Positions 40,064-49,211 of a stretch of 64,000 nt of DNA are shown one piece after another. The notes beneath the pieces were generated by a model that did no database searches, was not told the DNA's origin, and saw nothing but the letters and a program-made list of their open reading frames with translations. Position 1 is the first letter of the stretch. Every line of letters begins with the position of its first letter. The stretch is from Spirochaetaceae bacterium (lineage in GTDB: Bacteria; Spirochaetota; Spirochaetia; DSM-2461): contig JAOPTT010000002.1 in assembly GCA_051531975.1 (NCBI GenBank), forward strand, positions 185,968 to 249,967. Reading direction: 5' to 3'. The translations under genes were made by a program, and so were the position numbers.

Positions 40064-40798
40064 ATGAGCTACTTACCATATATAACTGATGACAGATTAC
40101 TAGAACTAGTAAAAGAAGTATTAAATGTTGGAATTGCTAAAAAAGAAACAGCATTAAAAGAGTTTAATAAAAATGTTATTGATCCCTTTGGTGCCTATTT
40201 TGAAGCTGGTGCCTTCAATATTGATTATATAACTTGGGTAGAATCAGAAACAATTAGACAGTGTCAAAAAACTCTACAAAATCATATAGGAGATTTCCAT
40301 CAAAAAATACTTGGATCAGTTGAAGGATTTGATGATTTAGGAGTAGGTGCAAATTCCGGTGTCGACTTGGAATGCAAATCTAAAATGATAGTTGCTGAGA
40401 TTAAAAATAAACATAATACAGTAACTGGCGGTAAGTTAGCGGATCAATATTATTCATTAGAGCGTCAAGTTATGCCTAAAAGTAGTACATATAAAGGTTA
40501 TACTGCATACTTCGTTAATATAATCCCTAAAAAACCTGAACGGTTTAATATTCCATTCACTCCATCGGATAAAGATAAAGGTTCACAATGCCCAGCAAAT
40601 GAATTAATTAGAAGAATTGATGGCGCAAGTTTTTACACATTAGTAACTGGATATGAAAACGCATTAGAACAACTACATAATATTCTACCAACAGTAATTG
40701 AAAAAGTGTTATCTGAAAATTTTAATTTAAGATCAGATCTAACAAATTCTGATGAATTTTCAAAATATTTTAATTTAGCATACAAAAAACAAGAGTAA
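40064..40798 (+). CDS. Type II restriction endonuclease, Eco47II family
   Basis: NKNVIDPF, RQCQKTLQNHIGDFHQKILG, GVDL..AEIKNKHNT, IDGASFY; divergent from C5-MTase; start placed at ATG 40064. Confidence 0.85.
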   Translation: MSYLPYITDDRLLELVKEVLNVGIAKKETALKEFNKNVIDPFGAYFEAGAFNIDYITWVESETIRQCQKTLQNHIGDFHQKILGSVEGFDDLGVGANSGVDLECKSKMIVAEIKNKHNTVTGGKLADQYYSLERQVMPKSSTYKGYTAYFVNIIPKKPERFNIPFTPSDKDKGSQCPANELIRRIDGASFYTLVTGYENALEQLHNILPTVIEKVLSENFNLRSDLTNSDEFSKYFNLAYKKQE

Positions 40799-40801
40799 TA
40801 T

Positions 40802-41215
40802 AACATTATTTCCCGAAACAACCTTGTAAGACAGGCTGACACTATACTTATAGATACCTACTGAAATGTTGGAGCATATCTATCAGGTAAAGTTAAAAGT
40901 TCTGAATGGGGTAAAGGTGTTGTAAAAGAACTAGTTTTATATATTAAAGAAAAAGATCCTGAAATTAAAGGTTTTAATGCTTCTAATATGTGGCGTATGA
41001 AACAGTTTTATGAAGTTTATAGTAGAAATGAAAAACTTGCCCCACTAGGGTGAGTTTTAAGCTGGACACATCATAGAAATCTTATATCTAAATGTAAAAA
41101 CGTTGATTAACATATCTTCGATGCAATATCTGCATCCAAATTTAACTGGTCAAAAAGAGAACTAATACGTCAGATAAATAGTGGTTCATTTGAAAGAACT
41201 ATATTAGCTGACTTT
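40802..41215 (+). pseudogene. DUF1016/YhcG N-terminal domain relic
   Basis: One frame reads LIDTY*NVGAYLS..EWGKGVVKEL..GFNASNMWRMKQFYE..LG*VLSWTHH..*..NWSKRELIRQINSGSFER; stops at 40862, 41051, 41108; nuclease half absent. Confidence 0.85.
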
Positions 41216-41323
41216 TTCGTGGGAGATTTCATTATTCAATCAATCAAATGTAAAAAAATAGAGGACCACCGTTAAACTTAGGAGGTGATGATCCTCTAAT
41301 ATTGCTATTGTATTGTAAGTTTG

Positions 41324-42187
41324 TTAAATCCAGTTCTCAGAGTTGATCTTACCATCTCTTGCTACTGTTACTACCTTTAAAGGTATCTTTCTTGCTGCTC
41401 TTTGTGTTGCTAGTTGTGCTGTTTTTAATAACCCGGAACAACAAGGAACTTCCATTATCATAACTGTTAAAGTATTTGTTTCAGCTGTATCAATAATATC
41501 AACAAGCTTAGTTACATACTCTTCCTGGCTGTTATCTAATTTAGGACAAGCTATTGCTAAACCTTTATCTTTTAAATATTCCTTATGAAAGTTACCAACT
41601 GCAAAAGCTACACAGTCAGCTGCTAAAAGTAAGTCCTTCTTTTTAAAGAAAGGTGCTGATGGTTTTACTAAGTGTAATTGTACTGGCCATTGTGTTAATT
41701 CGCTATTCATCTCTATATCTCCTGTTTGTTTGTTATCTGTATCTGGTCTATTTATTTCCATCTGTTTACTACCTGGGCAACCAACATGTTCTTTTGGTTC
41801 ATCTTTTATTGATTCAGGTGTATTTAAACCAAACTTTAATGGGTTATCTGCACCCATCTCCTGTAAGTAGTCTAAGGCCTGGTTAAAGAACTCCATCTCG
41901 TTATGATCTTTTAAATGTCTTAAGTGAGCTAAAATTGTTTTTTCACCTTTAGTTACAATATTTGCCATTACAACTCTCTCGTCGTATGGAGGAACATCTC
42001 TTTTTTCTATAACTAGGGCACCTGTTGGACAGTCACCGATACAAGCTCCTAAACCGTCACATGATAGGTCACTAACTAGTCGTGCTTTACCATCTATTAT
42101 TTGTAGTGCGCCTTCTGGACAGCCAGGTATACATAATGCACAACCATCACATTTATCTTCATCTATAGAAATTATATCTCTTAACAT
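41324..42187 (-). CDS. 4Fe-4S ferredoxin-domain protein (type often linked to hybrid-cluster protein genes)
   Basis: CDGCALCIPGCPEG, CDGLGACIGDCP, QWPVQLHLV, IACPKLD, MEVPCC. Confidence 0.85.
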   Translation of the reverse strand: MLRDIISIDEDKCDGCALCIPGCPEGALQIIDGKARLVSDLSCDGLGACIGDCPTGALVIEKRDVPPYDERVVMANIVTKGEKTILAHLRHLKDHNEMEFFNQALDYLQEMGADNPLKFGLNTPESIKDEPKEHVGCPGSKQMEINRPDTDNKQTGDIEMNSELTQWPVQLHLVKPSAPFFKKKDLLLAADCVAFAVGNFHKEYLKDKGLAIACPKLDNSQEEYVTKLVDIIDTAETNTLTVMIMEVPCCSGLLKTAQLATQRAARKIPLKVVTVARDGKINSENWI

Positions 42188-42233
42188 CGGTTTAGCTCCT
42201 TGGTAATAATCTACAGTACTTGGTAGGATAATG

Positions 42234-42251
42234 CTGTAACAGATGTTACGT
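42234..42251. promoter_or_regulatory. Crp/Fnr-family (HcpR-like) binding site
   Basis: CTGTAAC-AGAT-GTTACGT about 47 bp upstream of the Fe-S gene. Confidence 0.65.
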
Positions 42252-42307
42252 AATTGTTATAAAAGTGAAACTTGATCAAGAGTATATTTAGAGAGTACAC
42301 TTTAGAC

Positions 42308-42901
42308 ATGAAAATATTATTAGCAAGTGGGAACGCCCACAAAAAAGAAGAATTAAATAAGATATTATCTGGACATACATTAATATTACCTAAAGATTTA
42401 GGAATTAAAATGGATGTTGATGAGACAGGAAATACATACTTAGATAACGCACTATTAAAAGCTGAAGCACTATATGAACTATCTGGTGGAATGCCAGTAT
42501 TATCAGATGATTCCGGAATATCTGTAGAATTTTTAGATGGTAAGCCAGGAATACATTCGGCTAGATACGGAACAGATGAACTTGGTAGAGAGTTAACTGA
42601 TGAAGAGAAATATATCTATCTTCTTAAAAATATGGAGAAAGCAACCAACAGAAAAGCTGCTTTTATCTGCTGTATGGTTCTAATATTAGATAAAAACCGT
42701 ATCTTTTCTGTGCAAGAATCATTTGAAGGTGAAGTTACATTAGAAGCATATGGTAAAGGTGGCTTTGGTTACGATCCTGTATTTTATGTACCAGAGTTTA
42801 AAAAGACAGCTGCAGAATTAACAGATGAAGAGAAAAACAAAGTATCCCACCGAGGAAAAGCTGGGGCAACACTAAATAAGCTTTTAGAAATGTATGATTA
42901 A
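42308..42901 (+). CDS. rdgB: Non-canonical purine NTP pyrophosphatase (RdgB/HAM1)
   Basis: LASGNAHK, SDDSG, PGIHSARY, GFGYDPVF, KNKVSHRG; start placed at ATG 42308. Confidence 0.95.
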   Translation: MKILLASGNAHKKEELNKILSGHTLILPKDLGIKMDVDETGNTYLDNALLKAEALYELSGGMPVLSDDSGISVEFLDGKPGIHSARYGTDELGRELTDEEKYIYLLKNMEKATNRKAAFICCMVLILDKNRIFSVQESFEGEVTLEAYGKGGFGYDPVFYVPEFKKTAAELTDEEKNKVSHRGKAGATLNKLLEMYD

Positions 42902-43799
42902 TACATTAGCTGTACTATTTATACCAATTTTACTTGGATATTTTTTAGTTAAAATAAAGTACTTAAAAGCTGACATTAGTCTGAGTATAAAACAGTTTGT
43001 AATTAGAGTTGCAGTACCATGTAGAATATTTATCTCCATGACAGAATTAAAGTTAGAGACTATTAAACAGATATTCCCTTTAACCCTATCCTTTATACTG
43101 CTAACTATATCTTTAATATTTATTAGTTTTTTAGTATTACGAATTAAAGATAAAAAGATGAAAGCTGCTTACATTATAGCTATAGCTTTTGGTAATTATG
43201 GATATATGGGTTGGGCAGTATTAGATGGAGCTATGGGTCCAGAAGGACTATCTAGAGGAATGTTTTTTACAACTCTTTGGTGGCCAGTTATATATATTGG
43301 TACATTTCTAATTGGTAAATTATTAAAAGTAGAAAGCAAACTAGATGTTAAAAACTTTAGACTAAACATGATAATACCATCTGCAACACTATTAATTGGT
43401 ATACTGTTTAACTATTTAAGTATACCAATCTACGAACCTTTAAGACATACAATTACTAGTTTAGGGGATATGACAGTTACATTAATACTATTTAGTGTTG
43501 GTTTAACAATATCATTTGGTGATAGTTTTAAATATCTAAAGAGATCGATTGTACCAGTATTATTACGGCCAATATTAGGATTAATCACTGCTTCTATAAT
43601 AATTAATATTATAGGATTAACTGATCCGCTATCTAGGAATACAGTACTTATTGAATCAACTATGCCAGCTGCTGTTATGACTGTGGTTTTAGGTGATATG
43701 TTGGGTTTAGATGAAAAGCTTACATCAGCTATTCTTATTTTATCTACCCTACTCTCTTTAATAACAATCCCATTAACACTTTTGTTTGTAGGCTTATAA
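42894..43799 (+). CDS. AEC (auxin efflux carrier) family transporter
   Basis: ~10 TM, FGNYGYMG, ESTMPAA. Confidence 0.88.
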   Translation: MINTLAVLFIPILLGYFLVKIKYLKADISLSIKQFVIRVAVPCRIFISMTELKLETIKQIFPLTLSFILLTISLIFISFLVLRIKDKKMKAAYIIAIAFGNYGYMGWAVLDGAMGPEGLSRGMFFTTLWWPVIYIGTFLIGKLLKVESKLDVKNFRLNMIIPSATLLIGILFNYLSIPIYEPLRHTITSLGDMTVTLILFSVGLTISFGDSFKYLKRSIVPVLLRPILGLITASIIINIIGLTDPLSRNTVLIESTMPAAVMTVVLGDMLGLDEKLTSAILILSTLLSLITIPLTLLFVGL

Positions 43800-43801
43800 A
43801 T

Positions 43802-43831
43802 AAAAAAACCAACAGAATTAATCTGTTGGTT
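43802..43831. terminator. Terminator between convergent AEC transporter and helicase
   Basis: A7-CCAACAGA-ATTAA-TCTGTTGG-TT. Confidence 0.75.
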
Positions 43832-43854
43832 CTATTGGTTATCTAACTAAATAA

Positions 43855-45792
43855 TTAGCCTCGATCTCGGTTTCCACCACCACTTCGATTTCTATCTCCG
43901 CCTTGGTAACCACCGCCACCACCACTTCGATTTCTATCTCCACCTTGGTAACCACCGCCGCTTCGATTTCCACCTTGGTAACCGCCACCGCCGCTTCGAT
44001 TTCTATCTCCGCCTCGGTAACCACCTCCGTCGCCGCCGCCACGATTTCTATCGCCGCCGCCTTCGCCTCGGTTTCTATCTCCACCACTTCGATTTCGATC
44101 ACCACCACGGTAACCACCGCCGCCGCTTCTGTTTCTATCTCCGCCTCGGTAACCACCGCCACCGCCGCCTCGATTTCCACCACGACCACCGCCGCCGCCA
44201 CCTTTAGAATCTTTAGCTTGTTCAACTAAAGGTCTATTGTCTCGACCTGAACTCTTAAATGCTAAGATAATCTCTTCAGCATCTTCGAATGGTACAGTAA
44301 CAAATGAGAACTGATCAAAAATTTGAACAGAGTCTAATCTCTTACCTGGAACATTTGTTTCAGAAGTAATTAAATCAACTAATGATTTTGCTGTTATATT
44401 GTCCTGACGACCTTTAGCAACAAATAGTCTAGTTGTTCCACTTCTTTTCATGTTAATTTTTCTGATTTCGTTATAGTTACTTTCATCTAAATCTTCAGCA
44501 TAAGCCTGACTTAATACAGAAGCTATTACCTCAACTGGGTTTTCGCTCTCTTGTAAAAGTGTTAATGCCATTTCGTTAAATGTATTTCCAACTTTATCAT
44601 GGTTTTCTAAAGACTTTAAAATCTCTTTCATGATTCGATCTTTTTTAGTAGAGATAATTTTATCTACACCTGGAATCTCATCTTTTTTGATATTTTTACC
44701 AGAAACTCTTTGTATATATAAAAGTTTTCTGTATTCGTCTTTAGTTACAAATGTTATTGCAGTACCTGTGTTTCCAGCTCGTCCTGTTCTACCAACTCTG
44801 TGTACATAGGATTCAGCATCCTGTGGTAAAGAGTAGTTAATAACGTGGGATAAGTGATTTACATCGATACCCCTTGCAGCAACGTCAGTAGCTACAAGTA
44901 TATTTATCTGTTTTGATTTAAGTTGTGCTAAGATTCTCTCTCTCATTGCCTGGGAGATGTCTCCATGAAGTGCTCCAGAAGAGTACCCTCTCTCAGTCAG
45001 CTTTCGAGAAACCTCGTCTACATCAACTTTGGTTCTACAGAATACGATACCAAAGAATTCTTCTTCGATATCTACAATTCTACATAAAGCTTCAAATTTA
45101 TCGCCTCGTGTTACCTCAAAGTATATCTGCTCAGTTAAGTCTGATGTCAGATCTCTGTTTTTAACCTTAAAAAGTTCATAGTCGCCCATGTATTTTTTTG
45201 CTATATGTTGAATCTTAGATGGCATTGTTGCAGAGAACAGTAACATTTTTTTATCTTCGTTTACTGTCTCAAGGATTTTTTCGATATCATCTACAAAACC
45301 CATGTTAAGCATTTCATCTGCTTCATCTAATATTAAGTAACTAAGTTGTGAAAGATCTAAACTACCACGATTGATATGATCTTGAATTCGTCCCGGAGTA
45401 CCTACGACAATGTCTACTCCACGTCTTAAACGTCTCAGTTGTTCGCCCATGGCTTGTCCACCATAGATTGCTGCAACACTCAAACGTTTTTCACCTTTTA
45501 GTGAGTTTATCTCATCACTTACCTGAACTGCCAGTTCCCTGGTTGGTGTTAAAATTAACGCTTGAACATTCTTATCTTTACTACTTGTAAGAGTATCTAG
45601 GATCGGCAGACCAAAAGCAGCTGTTTTACCAGTACCTGTCTGTGCTTGTCCTATAATATTCTTATCTCCCTTTAAGAGGATAGGTATTGTTAACGCCTGT
45701 ATCGGTGACGGTTCTTCAAATCCTTTCTTCTCAATCGCTTGTAAAATCTCTTCTGAAAGACCTAGGTCTCTAAAAGTTTTTTTCTCTTCCAC
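43855..45792 (-). CDS. deaD: DEAD-box RNA helicase with DbpA-type RNA-binding domain and Gly/Arg-rich tail
   Basis: AQTGTGKT, PTRELA, DEAD, SAT, ARGID, HRVGRTGRAG. Confidence 0.93.
   Translation of the reverse strand: MEEKKTFRDLGLSEEILQAIEKKGFEEPSPIQALTIPILLKGDKNIIGQAQTGTGKTAAFGLPILDTLTSSKDKNVQALILTPTRELAVQVSDEINSLKGEKRLSVAAIYGGQAMGEQLRRLRRGVDIVVGTPGRIQDHINRGSLDLSQLSYLILDEADEMLNMGFVDDIEKILETVNEDKKMLLFSATMPSKIQHIAKKYMGDYELFKVKNRDLTSDLTEQIYFEVTRGDKFEALCRIVDIEEEFFGIVFCRTKVDVDEVSRKLTERGYSSGALHGDISQAMRERILAQLKSKQINILVATDVAARGIDVNHLSHVINYSLPQDAESYVHRVGRTGRAGNTGTAITFVTKDEYRKLLYIQRVSGKNIKKDEIPGVDKIISTKKDRIMKEILKSLENHDKVGNTFNEMALTLLQESENPVEVIASVLSQAYAEDLDESNYNEIRKINMKRSGTTRLFVAKGRQDNITAKSLVDLITSETNVPGKRLDSVQIFDQFSFVTVPFEDAEEIILAFKSSGRDNRPLVEQAKDSKGGGGGGRGGNRGGGGGGYRGGDRNRSGGGGYRGGDRNRSGGDRNRGEGGGDRNRGGGDGGGYRGGDRNRSGGGGYQGGNRSGGGYQGGDRNRSGGGGGYQGGDRNRSGGGNRDRG
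43858..44202 (-). repeat. GC-rich coding repeat (GGGGY[R/Q]GGDRNRS)n
   Basis: Repeated CCACCACTTCGATTTCTATCTCCGCCT(T/C)GGTAACCACCGCC-like units. Confidence 0.9.
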
Positions 45793-45867
45793 TATACATC
45801 CTTAGAGTAATATGAGCCTAGTATATGCTTTTTTACACTTTTATTACTATAGTCAGGAGGATGTAAT

Positions 45868-46725
45868 CTACATGTTTTCGATTTTGTAAAGTAAATTAAG
45901 TTCTGAATCTGATAAAAATGCATTATACATCTTTATATTATCAATTTTACCAACGATGTTATATGTAGTAAAGTCTAATCCAAACTTATAGGTTAAGAAG
46001 TATAGAGGCCAACTTCCTTTTAATAGAGTTGTTAAAGGTATTACATTTTTTCCAACAGTTTCTCCATTAACATATAAAGACATTTCACCACTATTAAACC
46101 TCATAGCTATACTATTCCACTGTTTTAAATTAAGAACATCGTTAACAGCTAAAGCTTGGTGATATCCAGAACTATCTACAACATTATAAACAAGATTTTT
46201 CCCTTTAACTGCTAATGTGAAACGTCCATTTGCTTTTCCACCCTTTAATGTATTTTCCCAGTTAGAGATTAGATATCTATACTTTGTTGTATCAACAGGG
46301 TAAAAATTAAGTGCAATAGTAAAATTATCAACTTCGCTTATAGAACTGCTATCCTCGATATAAAAGTATTGCCCATCTCCACTAGATTCTAATGCTGCTT
46401 TTTCATCATTTAATACACCTTCGGTATATGGGATGCTTTTAGTTACTATAGGATATCCACTGCCAGAAGTATCTTTAATTTTTCCATCTAATAGAAATTC
46501 AAAGACCAATTCTCCACTTAATTCAGAACCTTCACCAAAAAACTCCCCTCGAACTATCCGGGTTTTTTCAACTTCTAGGACTCCATTGGAGGTTTCAATC
46601 TTTACAACAGTGTCAGAAAGTTCAATAATTTTACCTTTTACAACATTATTATTGGAAAGATATAGGGTATCGGCGCTCAAAAGGCCACCTACTAAAAATA
46701 AAATTAAAATAGATAGAGTTTTCAT
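45868..46725 (-). CDS. Secreted LamG/concanavalin A-like domain protein
   Basis: Signal peptide, ADTLYLSNNNVVKGKII, QWNSIAMRF..LYVNG, GKIDNIKMYNAFLSDSE. Confidence 0.75.
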   Translation of the reverse strand: MKTLSILILFLVGGLLSADTLYLSNNNVVKGKIIELSDTVVKIETSNGVLEVEKTRIVRGEFFGEGSELSGELVFEFLLDGKIKDTSGSGYPIVTKSIPYTEGVLNDEKAALESSGDGQYFYIEDSSSISEVDNFTIALNFYPVDTTKYRYLISNWENTLKGGKANGRFTLAVKGKNLVYNVVDSSGYHQALAVNDVLNLKQWNSIAMRFNSGEMSLYVNGETVGKNVIPLTTLLKGSWPLYFLTYKFGLDFTTYNIVGKIDNIKMYNAFLSDSELNLLYKIENM

Positions 46726-46763
46726 ATTTCCAATAATAACATAATTATTGTAATATAATCAGC

Positions 46764-48041
46764 ATGTTAGATTTGAAATTTATTAGAGACAATGTTGAAG
46801 CTATAAAAGCCAACGTAAAAAACAGATTCATGAATGCAGATGTAGACCTTGTAGTAGAACTTTATAATAACTACAGCGAGAGTCTTTCTAAACTTGAAGA
46901 TTTAAGAAGACAATCAAATGAGAATGCTTCCAACATGAAAGGGAAATTGACCCCAGACGAGCGAGCAGTTTTTATTTCAAATGGGAAACAATTAAAATCC
47001 CTAATAGCTTCTAGTGAATCAGAAACATCGGAATTAAAATCGAAACTCTCTACTGAAGCCTCGAAAATACCTAACATGGCACATCCAGATGCTCCTATAG
47101 GTAAAGAAGACAAAGAGAACTTTCAGATTAAAGTTTGTGGAACTGTACCTACTTTTGATTTTAAACCACTTGATCATGTAAAACTTGGAGAGCAACTTGA
47201 TCTAATAGAGTTTGAAAGAGCAACAAAGGTATCTGGACCAAAATTTTATTACCTTAAAAACGAAGCCGCTATTTTAGAAATGGCGTTAACACGATATGCA
47301 GTTGATATTTTAATGAAGAAGGGTTTTAGTATTTCTATTACTCCGGACATTGCTAAAGTTGAGATTTTAGAAGGAATTGGTTTTAACCCAAGAGGTGCAG
47401 AGTCAAATATCTATTCTATTGAGGGTACAGATATGTGTCTTGTTGGTACTGCAGAGATTACTTTAGGTGGTTACCACGCTGGAGAAATTATAGACCTTTC
47501 TAAAGGGCCAATTTTAATGGCAGGTATTTCACACTGTTTCAGACGAGAAGCTGGAGCTGCAGGGCAGTACTCTAAGGGTATTTATCGAGTTCATCAATTT
47601 ACTAAAATTGAGATGTTCATCTACTGTAAACCAGAAGAGTCAGATGCCCTACATGAAACTCTCCGGGAAATTGAAGAGGAGATCTTTAACGGTTTAGAGG
47701 TTCCTTTTAGAGTTGTAGATACATGTACTGGGGATTTAGGTTCACCTGCTTATAGAAAGTATGACTTAGAAGCATGGATGCCTGGTCGTGGTGAGACTGG
47801 AGATTGGGGAGAGATAACATCTACTTCAAACTGTACAGACTACCAAGCTAGACGTTTAGGTGTACGATATAAAAATGATGATGGAAAAACTACAATTTGT
47901 CATACTTTAAATGGTACAGCAATTGCAATTTCAAGAGCGTTAATATCTATTATTGAAAATAACCAACAAGCTGATGGATCTGTTACAATTCCTAAAGCAC
48001 TGGTTCCTTATACAGGATTCGATATTATTAAAGCTAAGTAG
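46764..48041 (+). CDS. serS: Serine--tRNA ligase
   Basis: MLDLKFIR, LVGTAEI, CFRREAG, RVHQFTKIE, EITSTSNCTDYQARR, HTLNGT. Confidence 0.98.
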   Translation: MLDLKFIRDNVEAIKANVKNRFMNADVDLVVELYNNYSESLSKLEDLRRQSNENASNMKGKLTPDERAVFISNGKQLKSLIASSESETSELKSKLSTEASKIPNMAHPDAPIGKEDKENFQIKVCGTVPTFDFKPLDHVKLGEQLDLIEFERATKVSGPKFYYLKNEAAILEMALTRYAVDILMKKGFSISITPDIAKVEILEGIGFNPRGAESNIYSIEGTDMCLVGTAEITLGGYHAGEIIDLSKGPILMAGISHCFRREAGAAGQYSKGIYRVHQFTKIEMFIYCKPEESDALHETLREIEEEIFNGLEVPFRVVDTCTGDLGSPAYRKYDLEAWMPGRGETGDWGEITSTSNCTDYQARRLGVRYKNDDGKTTICHTLNGTAIAISRALISIIENNQQADGSVTIPKALVPYTGFDIIKAK

Positions 48042-48060
48042 TTCTTTGTAATATTTAAAT

Positions 48061-48088
48061 AAAGCCGACTCTTTTGGGTCGGCTTTTT
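48061..48088 (+). terminator. Intrinsic terminator of serS
   Basis: AAAGCCGACTC-TTTT-GGGTCGGCTTTTT. Confidence 0.85.
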
Positions 48089-48128
48089 ACATATCAGGGT
48101 TTATGTGCCAATGCAACCAGGGAGTTTT

Positions 48129-49211
48129 ATGAGTTATTCAAAATTAGGTCGAACATTTATTATAGCAGAAATAGGTACTAGCCATGGTGGTGATCTAAAC
48201 AAAGCCATAGAACTAATTCGAGTTGTCAAAGAATCAGGTGCTGATTGTGCAAAGTTTCAGGTAGTTTATGCCGACGAAATTATCCATAAAAATACTGGAT
48301 TAGTTAAATTACCCGGTGGAGATACTCCTTTATACGATGTTTTTAAAAGTCTTGAGCTTGGTATAGAGTTTTACCAAAAACTTAAAGATGAAACAGAAAA
48401 AGTTGGCTTAATATTTATGGCATCTCCTTTTGGGGAAAAAAGTGCCAAGCTATTAGAGGATATAAAATCAGACCTATTTAAAGTTGCAAGCCCGGAACTT
48501 AACCACTTTCCATTAATTAAACAGTTATTATCCTATAAGAAACCAATAATACTATCATCTGGAGTTTCTAAATTTGAGGACATTGATAGAGTTATTAGAT
48601 TAACAGGGGAAAAAGATATAACCCTACTACACTGTATTACAAGTTACCCTGCACCAGTAGAGGACTATAACTTAAAAGTTATACCATATCTAAAAGAGAC
48701 ATTTAATATAGAGACAGGGGTTTCAGACCACTCCTTAGACCCAATATTAGTACCAAGTTTAACAGTATTATTAGGTGGATCAGTAGTTGAGAAACATATT
48801 ACCCTATCTAACGACACAGATGGTTTAGATGACCCTGTGGCACTTAATCCAGCTAACTTTAAAATTATGTGTGTCTCTATTAGAAAATACGAAAAATTAA
48901 GTTACGAGACTGGTATCAAAGAGTTAGAAGCTATTTATGGGAAAGATAAAATAGAGACAATTTTAGGTACAGGTATTAAAAAACTAGCAGAATCTGAAAT
49001 AGCTAACTACGGCAAAACAAATAGATCTCTCCACACTGTTTTGGAATTAAAACCTGGAACTATTATAACTAAAAACAACTCAGCTCTGCTAAGAACCGAG
49101 AAAGTTTTAAGGGTTGGTATAGCTCCCCACCTTGTAGATAACTTTTATGGTAAAAAACTTACGAAGTTAGTACCAGATGGAGAAGGTATACGATTAGAAG
49201 ATTTTCTGTAA
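48129..49211 (+). CDS. N-acetylneuraminate synthase (NeuB/SpsE/PseI) family protein
   Basis: FIIAEIGTSHGGD, AKFQ, KVASPE, LLHCITSYPA, GVSDHS, VEKHIT; start placed at ATG 48129 behind GGAG. Confidence 0.9.
   Translation: MSYSKLGRTFIIAEIGTSHGGDLNKAIELIRVVKESGADCAKFQVVYADEIIHKNTGLVKLPGGDTPLYDVFKSLELGIEFYQKLKDETEKVGLIFMASPFGEKSAKLLEDIKSDLFKVASPELNHFPLIKQLLSYKKPIILSSGVSKFEDIDRVIRLTGEKDITLLHCITSYPAPVEDYNLKVIPYLKETFNIETGVSDHSLDPILVPSLTVLLGGSVVEKHITLSNDTDGLDDPVALNPANFKIMCVSIRKYEKLSYETGIKELEAIYGKDKIETILGTGIKKLAESEIANYGKTNRSLHTVLELKPGTIITKNNSALLRTEKVLRVGIAPHLVDNFYGKKLTKLVPDGEGIRLEDFL

Noticed and set aside
43839..44229. ORFs 43839..44225 (-) and 43903..44229 (+)
   Set aside because: Alternative-frame shadows of the Gly/Arg repeat in the helicase gene
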